A DNA stretch of 13,730 nt from Candidatus Hermodarchaeota archaeon (lineage in GTDB: Archaea; Asgardarchaeota; Lokiarchaeia; Sigyniarchaeales; SOKP01). Below are positions 1 to 7,721 of this stretch, piece by piece. The DNA is taken from NCBI GenBank assembly GCA_048885525.1, contig JBHLLP010000065.1:1-13730 (forward strand). The letters run 5' to 3'. Position 1 is the first letter of the stretch; the number at the start of each line of letters is the position of its first letter. The position numbers and the translations under genes were made by a program. The notes under the pieces are model-generated. The model ran no database searches. It had not been told where the DNA came from and saw only the letters and a program-made list of their open reading frames with translations.

Positions 1-17
1 AATCTCAATATATCCTT

Positions 18-2264
18 ATGATTAATTGGATTATAATGATATTTTATGAGCTATATGCTTTAGGGTATCTAAATCTCGAACAGATTTTTATAACAAATTT
101 AGTATTATTGGTGATTTTTCGGGGAATATACGTTGCAACCTATTATTTCAATTACTATAAGGATCGAAATAAAGAGTTAGAAGAGGGCATAAAACTCTTT
201 ACTAAGAAAGAGATAATATATTTTAGTATTAAACAAATCTCTATTGTACTTTTTGGGATGCTATACTATCCCATAACGATCTTCATTTGCTTTTATTCGC
301 TACTAGTGAGTTCTAACTTTGGAAAACAAATTGGAGATACCCTTCGCTTAAAACCAGTGATATTTTTGGTAAAACTTATTAACGTCTTTGCTCCACTAAT
401 CGGTATTTTTTGGTTTCTCTTAATTGAAGTAAATTATTATTCAATCGCAGCAATTGGAATTAGTTTACTAGCTTATTTCCATTATGGCTTGAAAAATTCT
501 TCTCTAACACTTTCCAAATTAATAGAAAAGTATGATAGACGTTATTTAAATAAATTTCCGAAAATAGTTCAAATTGTATTGATGTTCCTCTTAATCGCTA
601 CACCCACAACAATATTATCTGTATCTGCTGCTTATACACTTCCAGAGAAATCTACTTATATGGTTGAAATGAGGGATGGTGTAAGACTAGCTACAGATCT
701 TTATCTTGCTCCTGGTTCATTTGGTTCACCTAGACCAGTGATTTTGATTAGAACTCCCTATGGTAAAAATGGAATGGAAATTTATAGAACTTTTTACTCG
801 ACGCAAGATTACCACTTAGTTATGCAAGATTTAAGAGGAACTCACGATTCTGAGGGAGGTGACAAATTCTTAATATTCTCTAAATCATATCAAGATGGTG
901 TTGACACTATTAATTGGATTTTAGATCAAAGCTGGTGTAATGGTAAAATAGCAAGTGCTGGAGCTTCTGCTCTTTGTATCAATCAATATTTTTATGCAGG
1001 AATGAACCCTGAAGGATTAGTAGCACAACAATTATGGTTTGGTACTCCAGAACTATTTGATCATGCGATATATCAGGGATCTTATCATAAATCCTTAGTG
1101 GAAACTTGGATTGAAGGTGTTGCTCCACAAAACTTTGAACATCATATGAATACAATTTTTAGTCTATTTCCTAAAAATGAAGTCTTGTATAACTCCACAT
1201 CCTTATCAATACCTATTGGACCAACTTTTTCCAATGTCAGTGTCGCTGGAATTCATATTGGAGGCTTTTATGATCATTTTTTACAGGGTACCATTGATGG
1301 TTATATCGGATACGATGATTATGGTGCTTCTAGTGCACGTGGTAAACAAAGACTTATAATGGGACCTTGGACTCATGTTAACCTATTTGGTTCAACTCAA
1401 CAAGGGGAATTAACATATCCTTCAAATTCGATTGGATTTGATTTAGCATTTAGCTGGGAACAAGAAGTTTTTGATTACGCGCTTTTGGGCAAACCTACAG
1501 ATTGGGACGGAGCTAGAGTTGCCTATTATCTTATGGGTGATGTAGATACTCCTTCTGATGATTGGAATTATTGGAGATATGCCTATGATTGGCCACTTGA
1601 CCATGTTGATGATAAGTGGTATTTCACTTCTTCGGGGAGTTTGATAAATGACTCTCTTCTACTGACCACCAATAAGAACTTCACATATCTATATGATCCT
1701 CGGGATCCAGTACCAAATAGGGGTGGTCAAAATGAACCTTTTGATATTGAAGGACCTTATGATCAAAGACCTGTTGAAAATAGAGCTGATGTATTAATTT
1801 TCGAAACTCCAGAGTTGACTGATGCTGTTGAAATCGTTGGACGAATTTGGGGCAATTTATTTGTTACATCAAACTGTACGGACACAGATTTCACAGTAAA
1901 ATTAAGTGATGTATATCCAGACGGTCGTTCTATGTTAATAACAGACGGATCGCTAACTAGTCGATCAAGATATAACTATACAACAGATGTATTTATGACG
2001 GGAGATCAAAAAGATGTTTATGAATTATTAGTTGACTGCTGGTCTACTGCATATGTATTTGCTCCAGGACATAGAATACGTGTAGCGATATCAAGTTCGA
2101 ATTATGCTCGCTTTGCAGCAAACCCAAATACAGGAGTGCCATTAGCAACTAATTATTTAAAATACAATATTGCTAACAATACACTTCTTACAGGACCGGA
2201 TTATCCTTCATGTATAATTTTACCACGATTAGTTAATATGAGTGCAACGCATGTGTCTTATTAG
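18..2264 (+). CDS. Membrane-anchored CocE/NonD-family (peptidase S15-like) alpha/beta serine hydrolase with about 6 N-terminal TM helices; probably 5'-truncated
   Basis: Motifs MRDGVRLATDLY, RTPYGK (oxyanion Tyr), QDLRG..DSEG, GKIASAGASAL (Ser nucleophile), GGFYD (Asp), GPWTH (His), YDPRDPVP, DTDFTVKLSDVYPDG and FAPGHRIRVAISSSN (C-terminal PepX_C-like domain). The first ~205 aa are hydrophobic helices. The frame is open upstream to the window edge (TCT CAA TAT ATC CTT ATG). Confidence 0.9.
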   Translation: MINWIIMIFYELYALGYLNLEQIFITNLVLLVIFRGIYVATYYFNYYKDRNKELEEGIKLFTKKEIIYFSIKQISIVLFGMLYYPITIFICFYSLLVSSNFGKQIGDTLRLKPVIFLVKLINVFAPLIGIFWFLLIEVNYYSIAAIGISLLAYFHYGLKNSSLTLSKLIEKYDRRYLNKFPKIVQIVLMFLLIATPTTILSVSAAYTLPEKSTYMVEMRDGVRLATDLYLAPGSFGSPRPVILIRTPYGKNGMEIYRTFYSTQDYHLVMQDLRGTHDSEGGDKFLIFSKSYQDGVDTINWILDQSWCNGKIASAGASALCINQYFYAGMNPEGLVAQQLWFGTPELFDHAIYQGSYHKSLVETWIEGVAPQNFEHHMNTIFSLFPKNEVLYNSTSLSIPIGPTFSNVSVAGIHIGGFYDHFLQGTIDGYIGYDDYGASSARGKQRLIMGPWTHVNLFGSTQQGELTYPSNSIGFDLAFSWEQEVFDYALLGKPTDWDGARVAYYLMGDVDTPSDDWNYWRYAYDWPLDHVDDKWYFTSSGSLINDSLLLTTNKNFTYLYDPRDPVPNRGGQNEPFDIEGPYDQRPVENRADVLIFETPELTDAVEIVGRIWGNLFVTSNCTDTDFTVKLSDVYPDGRSMLITDGSLTSRSRYNYTTDVFMTGDQKDVYELLVDCWSTAYVFAPGHRIRVAISSSNYARFAANPNTGVPLATNYLKYNIANNTLLTGPDYPSCIILPRLVNMSATHVSY

Positions 2265-2276
2265 TAAAATATATTA

Positions 2277-2292
2277 TTTTTTTCTTTTTCTT
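2277..2292 (+). terminator. T-tract, putative archaeal terminator of the hydrolase gene
   Basis: tttttttctttttctt starting 12 nt after the TAG at 2264. Confidence 0.5.
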
Positions 2293-2349
2293 AATAAAAC
2301 TGGGAAATTTTATTTCTAATACAATTACCGAATAGAACTATAAAAAATG

Positions 2350-2376
2350 TAAAAATAAAAAAAAAAATGAAAAAAA
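2350..2376 (-). terminator. T-tract (A-tract on +), putative terminator of the CPBP-PadR-HAAS operon
   Basis: Long A runs (aaaaataaaaaaaaaaatgaaaaaaa) just downstream of the minus-strand stop at 2385; convergent with the + strand T-tract. Confidence 0.5.
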
Positions 2377-2384
2377 TTATTAAT

Positions 2385-3440
2385 TTATTTCAAAAATTTG
2401 TATTTTTCAGCCTTATAAATTCTATAGAAGTCTTCAATTGTAGTTAATATTATTATAGCTATAATTAAACCAGCAACTCCTCTAAAAATAGCATAGAATT
2501 CCGGAGCAATTCCTATATTTATAAGAGTGTCTCCAGGTTCGTTAACAACTAATATTGGAAATATTTCTGGTCGCATCATCATTAAAATAACTACTGATAT
2601 TGATGCGAATTTTATACCTATTGTAATTCCATGAATAATCTGATGAGTAAAGAATTGCCTATTTCCTATTAATCCTCTGCTTAAATCTAAGATCCCTTCA
2701 ACCAAAATGAATAGACCTGCGAATTGTAGGTATAGTAGAAATTCGGCATCAATCAAACTTCTTACAGCGGGAATTGGTAGCACTATGAAAAAAATTCCTA
2801 CAATTATTGCGATAACACCACCAATAATAACTCCAATTGGTTTAATATAGGGTTTTACCGGTCGTTTCTTTATTTCTGAAATTGGAATTCCTTGTTCCCG
2901 TGCGAATTCAAGTTGCTGTTTTTCTTTCTCTCGCAATTTCTTAGATTTAAAATCTTCAGGAAAATAACCCTCCATCGATAATGCTACAAAAATTATAGTG
3001 ATTATCGCAAAGGTTGAAAGACATCCAATTTGTATTCCCTGAATTAAGTTTCCAAATAAATGCCAAAAATCAACATTTCCAAAAATAAAATCTACAATTT
3101 GCGAAATAATAGTAATACCAATAACAATAGCAAACACAATTCCTAGCACTTTGAGATAAGATGGCCACATTTCTTGGCTGATATAGACTTTTGGGGTTCC
3201 TCTTCGTTTATATTCCTTCGCAATGCTTTGTGGGCTCCCCATATGAGAAATTGCCATTTGAACAGTTTTTACTGTAGGTTGCCCTGTTTCAGATAATTCT
3301 TGTGCCTTACTCTTAATGTGTTCTTCAAGTTCAGCCAAAATCTCCTTATGTTCTTTTTTATCTTTTAACCATTCAGGTAATTTCGATTTTACATCTTTCA
3401 GATATTCTTTTATTAGATTATTCATTTCTTTTTCACTCAT
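2385..3440 (-). CDS. HAAS-like (HTH-associated alpha-helical signalling / DUF1700-like) N-terminal domain plus about 6-TM membrane protein
   Basis: N-terminus LIKEYLKDVKSKLP...EILAELEEHI...AISHMGSPQSIAKEY follows the YL..L...E...E...HI...G.P..IA..Y HAAS pattern; six hydrophobic segments follow. Its start overlaps the PadR stop by 8 nt (ATGAGTGA). Confidence 0.8.
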   Translation of the reverse strand: MSEKEMNNLIKEYLKDVKSKLPEWLKDKKEHKEILAELEEHIKSKAQELSETGQPTVKTVQMAISHMGSPQSIAKEYKRRGTPKVYISQEMWPSYLKVLGIVFAIVIGITIISQIVDFIFGNVDFWHLFGNLIQGIQIGCLSTFAIITIIFVALSMEGYFPEDFKSKKLREKEKQQLEFAREQGIPISEIKKRPVKPYIKPIGVIIGGVIAIIVGIFFIVLPIPAVRSLIDAEFLLYLQFAGLFILVEGILDLSRGLIGNRQFFTHQIIHGITIGIKFASISVVILMMMRPEIFPILVVNEPGDTLINIGIAPEFYAIFRGVAGLIIAIIILTTIEDFYRIYKAEKYKFLK

Positions 3441-3975
3441 TTCTTAAACCTCTTTCTTTTAATTCTTTTTCTATATTATTTCCACATACATCACAAAACC
3501 GAAGTTCTAAATTTGAAAGTTCGATTTTGTTAGCACACATTGGACAAAATAAATATTTTTCAGATTTTAAGTTAATGTTTATATCAAATAAAGGTGCGAT
3601 AGCTTCAGACAATTTACTATAAAAGCCAGCAAGATGGTTAAAAACTTTCTTCCCATATTCAGTAACTCTATAAAATTTCCTCCTTCTGCCTGACTCTTCT
3701 CTTTCTGATTTTATAATATTATCTTCTTCTAACTTTCTCAATATTGGATATAGTGTTCCTTCTTCTATAACTAACATTTCATTTGTTTGATCTGTTAAAT
3801 CTTTCAAAATCTTATACCCATGTGAACCTTCTTTACCTGCTTGAATAATTATAGATAATATGCAAAGTGAACTTATACCTCTATTAATCTCAGTTTCTTG
3901 TTTTTCAACAAAATCTCTGAATTCTTGGGAAGCTATTAAAGCCTTCGAATCCAATTCTCTTACACGTTTTATCAT
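3433..3975 (-). CDS. PadR-family winged-helix transcription regulator with C-terminal zinc ribbon
   Basis: RGISSLCILSII...HGYKILKDL...IEEGTLYPILRKLEEDNII...RRRKFYRVTEYGK is the PadR signature; C-terminal CPMC-x14-CDVCG; GGAG SD-like motif upstream of the ATG. Confidence 0.93.
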   Translation of the reverse strand: MIKRVRELDSKALIASQEFRDFVEKQETEINRGISSLCILSIIIQAGKEGSHGYKILKDLTDQTNEMLVIEEGTLYPILRKLEEDNIIKSEREESGRRRKFYRVTEYGKKVFNHLAGFYSKLSEAIAPLFDININLKSEKYLFCPMCANKIELSNLELRFCDVCGNNIEKELKERGLRNE

Positions 3976-4002
3976 ATTTTCAACTCCATATTAATTTTAA
4001 TT

Positions 4003-4905
4003 TTATTTAGAATTACTTGTATTTTGTCTATATAAAGAACTTTCAGGCTGAATTGATATTTCCTGTTGTTTAAAAGTACTACCTTCCTTTTTTTTTCTCC
4101 ATTCGAGGGTTCTCAATGTAAGGATACCAATAAGAAACATCAGAAGAACAAATAGATTTTTTGATTGATAAATAAAATTATATGATACAATGATCGAGCT
4201 ATGAGTAAACATCGCACTTAGCAGATTTTTATTTGATAAATTATAGAAAGAATCAATGATAAAAGAATGACTCAACATTAGCAAATATGAGTAAAGAGAG
4301 ACTTCGAGTCCATTCGCAATATTAATTGGTTGATGCCATAACCACCAATAAGTTCCTAAAAATAAACTACCTATCTCTCTCCCAAATATTCTTTGTAATT
4401 TACCTAATCCATATCCCCGCCAACATGGTTCTTCAAAAAGGGGACTTGAAAGTAAACTAGCAAAAAACAACAATGGAATTAGTCCTATTAAACCATAACT
4501 ATATAATTCTAAAGCTCCTGTTTTTAGAATATTTAGTTGGGTTTCATTACCAATAAAAAAATTAACTATATTACCTGAAATAGTTAATAATGGTATTGTT
4601 AATGCTGCTGGAAATAACCAAATTGTCTTTTCTCCTTTTATTCGAATACTATCAAATATTTCTTTTGCTCCTAATGCACCCCTTAATATTTTATTTAGAA
4701 TAAATAGTGTAATCAACGGTCCAAGTGCTCCAATAGTCTGTCCTACAATGATAGGAATTTTAAATTGAATAATGTTTAATTGATCTAATGCCATAGGAAT
4801 CCATATTAACCAACTAAAAATAATTGCTATTAAAAAGAAAATCAAAGCCTGATATCTTTCAATAAATGTTTTCATGGTTACAACCTTCAATTCTTTATTT
4901 TTCAA
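4003..4905 (-). CDS. CPBP/Abi (CAAX protease type II, Rce1-like) intramembrane glutamic protease
   Basis: Multi-TM protein with FEEPCWRGY (EExxxR), WWLWH (FxxxH-like) and AMFTH motifs. The ORF-track start is TTG at 4905; an alternative ATG lies at 4875. Confidence 0.88.
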   Translation of the reverse strand: MKNKELKVVTMKTFIERYQALIFFLIAIIFSWLIWIPMALDQLNIIQFKIPIIVGQTIGALGPLITLFILNKILRGALGAKEIFDSIRIKGEKTIWLFPAALTIPLLTISGNIVNFFIGNETQLNILKTGALELYSYGLIGLIPLLFFASLLSSPLFEEPCWRGYGLGKLQRIFGREIGSLFLGTYWWLWHQPINIANGLEVSLYSYLLMLSHSFIIDSFYNLSNKNLLSAMFTHSSIIVSYNFIYQSKNLFVLLMFLIGILTLRTLEWRKKKEGSTFKQQEISIQPESSLYRQNTSNSK

Positions 4906-4931
4906 GATTTATTAAAATATATTATTCTACG

Positions 4932-4954
4932 AATACTATATTACATATAGTATT
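4932..4954. promoter_or_regulatory. Perfect inverted repeat AATACTATAT-tac-ATATAGTATT, putative PadR operator
   Basis: 10-bp arms with a 3-bp spacer in the divergent intergenic region upstream of the PadR-containing operon. Confidence 0.7.
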
Positions 4955-4968
4955 TAAACTTTACTATT
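4951..4968 (-). promoter_or_regulatory. Archaeal TATA box (TTTAAATA at 4958-4951) with purine-rich BRE-like upstream sequence, for the CPBP-PadR-HAAS operon
   Basis: The minus strand reads ...tagtaaagTTTAAATActatatg..., about 46 nt upstream of the TTG start at 4905; the box overlaps the palindrome arm. Confidence 0.55.
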
Positions 4969-5060
4969 CACTTCAAGGTAAAACTTTTTAAAACTTCAAA
5001 TTTTCACCAATTTTTACTAATTAAAACTATATGTTTTAGAAATAGAATTTAAGTATATAT

Positions 5061-6569
5061 ATGCTTCAAAAAAAATCACCAGTTATCATTGGAGCTGTTC
5101 AGGTTACTCAACAAAAAGATGTGGATAAACCTCTTGATCCGCTTAATTTAGTTGCTAAAGCATGCAAAAATGCCTTTAATATATCTGGAGCAGATAATTT
5201 GCGAGATATAATTGATACCATATATATGTCAACTATTTCAAGTTGGATTTATGAGGATACTTCAAAAATCCTTAGTAATCTTCTTGGAATAAAACCAACT
5301 CAGACTTATACCGCTCCAATTAGTGGTAATACACCTCAATTATTAGTTAATAAAGCTGCTAAAGCTATTTCTTTAGGTGAAAGTAAAGCTATACTGATTG
5401 CTGGAGGAGAGGCTTCTTATTCCAGATATTGTGCTAATAAAGGTAAAATTATCTTAGATTGGCCAAAACCACCATCAGGAGCAGTTAATAAAGCTCGAAA
5501 AGCAATTATTTTTTATTTAAGCGAGTTTGAAAAAAGTTATAAACTTACTAATCCTACGTATGTCTATGCTTTAATTGAAACTGCATTAAGAGCTGCTTCT
5601 GGCAGAAGTTTGAAAGAGCACTTAGATTATATAGGTAAGAGATATGAACGTTTCTCTAGTATTGCTTCCGAAAATCCTTATGCTTGGATACGAAATAAGT
5701 TAAATGCCGAAGAAATTATTACACCTAGCTATAATAATCGTATAGTTTGTCACCCATACACAAAACACATGGTTGCAAACCTTTATGTAGATCAAGCAGC
5801 GGTATTACTCATAACAAATGAAAATATTGCCCAAAAACTTGGTATTGACCGAAAATTATGGGTTTATCCAATGGGAGGTGCTGATTTACATAATATTTTT
5901 TATATAACTCAACGTCCTCAGCTTTATGATTCACCCGCAATTAGAGAAGCTTCACAACTCGCATTAAAGCAAGCAGGTCTAAAATTAGAAGATATTGATG
6001 TTTTTGATCTATATAGTTGTTTTCCTTGTATGGTTGAAATTGCCAGGAAAGAAATAGGAATTCCCAAGGATGATCCACGAGATTTAACAATAACTGGAGG
6101 ACTTTCATTTTTTGGAGGACCTTTTAGTAGTTACTCAATGCATTCAATTGTAACAGCAGTTAATCTTATTCAAAAAAACCCATCAATGAAGATAATGATC
6201 CTAGCAAATGGAGGATATAATACATCAGAATCAGTTGGGATATATGGAAATACCCCTCCAGTTACAGATTGGAAAGATAAAAAATATGATGAAATACAAC
6301 AAAAAATCAATGCTAAAACTCTACCAGAACCAGTCAAAAAAGCAAATGGAGATCTTACAATTGAAGCTTATACGATTATTTATGATAGAAAGGGTTCACC
6401 AGAACTAGGTATAATAATAGGTCAGTTAGAGAGTGGGGAACGTACTTTTGCCTTTATCTCATCAGATTCAAAAACTCTTTTAAACCTAGAAAAAGAAGAA
6501 CTTGTAGGAAAAACCTTTTTAGTTAAATATAACAAGGAAACAAAACAAAATGATTTAATTACTGAGTAG
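5061..6569 (+). CDS. Thiolase-like protein (TLP1-type acetyl-CoA acetyltransferase homologue) with C-terminal additional domain
   Basis: PVIIGAVQ, GNTPQLLVNKAA, LIAGGEA, AxxNPYAW, PYTKHMVAN..VDQAA, DLYSCFP, TGGLSFFGGP..SYSMH and C-terminal TIEAYTIIYDRKGSPELGIIIGQL match the mycobacterial/proteobacterial TLP1 group. Confidence 0.85.
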   Translation: MLQKKSPVIIGAVQVTQQKDVDKPLDPLNLVAKACKNAFNISGADNLRDIIDTIYMSTISSWIYEDTSKILSNLLGIKPTQTYTAPISGNTPQLLVNKAAKAISLGESKAILIAGGEASYSRYCANKGKIILDWPKPPSGAVNKARKAIIFYLSEFEKSYKLTNPTYVYALIETALRAASGRSLKEHLDYIGKRYERFSSIASENPYAWIRNKLNAEEIITPSYNNRIVCHPYTKHMVANLYVDQAAVLLITNENIAQKLGIDRKLWVYPMGGADLHNIFYITQRPQLYDSPAIREASQLALKQAGLKLEDIDVFDLYSCFPCMVEIARKEIGIPKDDPRDLTITGGLSFFGGPFSSYSMHSIVTAVNLIQKNPSMKIMILANGGYNTSESVGIYGNTPPVTDWKDKKYDEIQQKINAKTLPEPVKKANGDLTIEAYTIIYDRKGSPELGIIIGQLESGERTFAFISSDSKTLLNLEKEELVGKTFLVKYNKETKQNDLITE

Positions 6570-6830
6570 TAGTTTTTATTAATTTGTTACTATTATAAAA
6601 CACTTATTTTAGAATTTCTTTATAAATTAATATATTTTTTCCTAATTCACACATCTTTAATAATAATACAATCAAAATTATTAAAATAAACAAGATCAAA
6701 ATAATTAAATAGCAGTAATTTAATTTTATATTTAAGGAGACGGGTTAAGAATAAATTGATTTCAGTTTCCGTGAAGAATAAATTTTTTATTTATGAAATG
6801 TTAATAATTTAATAATAAGGGTATTATAAT

Positions 6831-7610
6831 ATGGGCCAAAAAAGTTCATACAAGGAATTAATTGATCCAATTATCATAAAAATGAAAAAAAATAGTAAAC
6901 TCATATATGATACTCTCACAAAACCTAAAATTGTCAAGATTTCAATTTATGTTAGTCTAATAACATTTTTACCAGGATTAATTTTAGGATTAATCATTGC
7001 AATAAATTTTGGGCCTCTTGAGTATAGTCTTTGGTATAATTGGATAAGTGATTTAGGATCTCTCATATATACCCCTGCTCCCTTCATTTTAGACATAACA
7101 TGTATATTAAGTGCAATCTTTATTATCCCTTTAATCTTGAACTTAAGTCGATTATACAGTTCACATCAAAATATCAAATTAGATAATTCAAAAAAGGAGC
7201 ATTATACCATCTTATTTAGAAGAATATTTGGCTATATAGGAGTGGTTTGTCTTTTTGTTGGTGTTATTGGCATGTTTTTTGTTGGAGTATTTAGTTTAGA
7301 TCGATCTCCGTTTGATTTACATTATTATTTCTCTACATCCGCATTTGGAGGATTCGCATTCGGGGCTTTTTTTACAGGTTTAGCAATAGTATTAAGGAAA
7401 AGAATATTCCCTAAAGTTGTTGGTTATTTTATGATATTTGGTCCATCTACGGCCTCTATAATATTTTTAATAGCCCCAGCACCACTAACAAGACAGTTTC
7501 TTGAGTGGATACTCATGTTTAGCTCACTCTCGTGGTATTACGTTGTCGTTTTTATTACTTTACAAAAGTTAAATTCGCTTCTCTTTTTCAATCCTAATTT
7601 TAAATGGTAG
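6831..7610 (+). CDS. DUF998 / Frag1-DRAM-Sfk1-like 6-TM membrane protein
   Basis: YSLWYNWISDLGS motif after TM1, GVFS....DLH, terminal FLEW and six hydrophobic helices. Confidence 0.72.
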   Translation: MGQKSSYKELIDPIIIKMKKNSKLIYDTLTKPKIVKISIYVSLITFLPGLILGLIIAINFGPLEYSLWYNWISDLGSLIYTPAPFILDITCILSAIFIIPLILNLSRLYSSHQNIKLDNSKKEHYTILFRRIFGYIGVVCLFVGVIGMFFVGVFSLDRSPFDLHYYFSTSAFGGFAFGAFFTGLAIVLRKRIFPKVVGYFMIFGPSTASIIFLIAPAPLTRQFLEWILMFSSLSWYYVVVFITLQKLNSLLFFNPNFKW

Positions 7611-7647
7611 TCCATTTACTGATTGAAAAATGGACTCCCTTATTTTT
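7609..7647 (+). terminator. Hairpin (AGTCCATTT-N10-AAATGGACT) followed by a short T-run; putative terminator
   Basis: 9-bp perfect inverted repeat at 7609-7617/7628-7636, starting in the stop codon and followed by cccttattttt. Confidence 0.4.
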
Positions 7648-7721
7648 AATAAACACCCAGAATTTAAAATAATTAAAACTATAATTATTAATCTTTTAAT
7701 TTAAATATTAGAGGATTTAAA

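Noticed and set aside
1177-1359. 60-aa alternative-frame ORF
   Set aside because: Lies inside the well-supported hydrolase CDS and has no recognisable motif.
6208-6408. 66-aa alternative-frame ORF
   Set aside because: Nested in the thiolase-like gene; a shadow ORF.
6570-6830. 261-bp intergenic region with a weak GGAGAC/GTTTCC stem (6736-6770), possible ncRNA or riboswitch
   Set aside because: The stem is short with a G-U pair and mismatches, and I recognise no RNA family consensus.
5018-7683. Identical 14-mer TAATTAAAACTATA upstream of the thiolase-like gene (5018-5031) and the second HAAS gene (7670-7683)
   Set aside because: 13 of 14 bases are A/T in very AT-rich spacers, so a chance match or generic promoter sequence is plausible.
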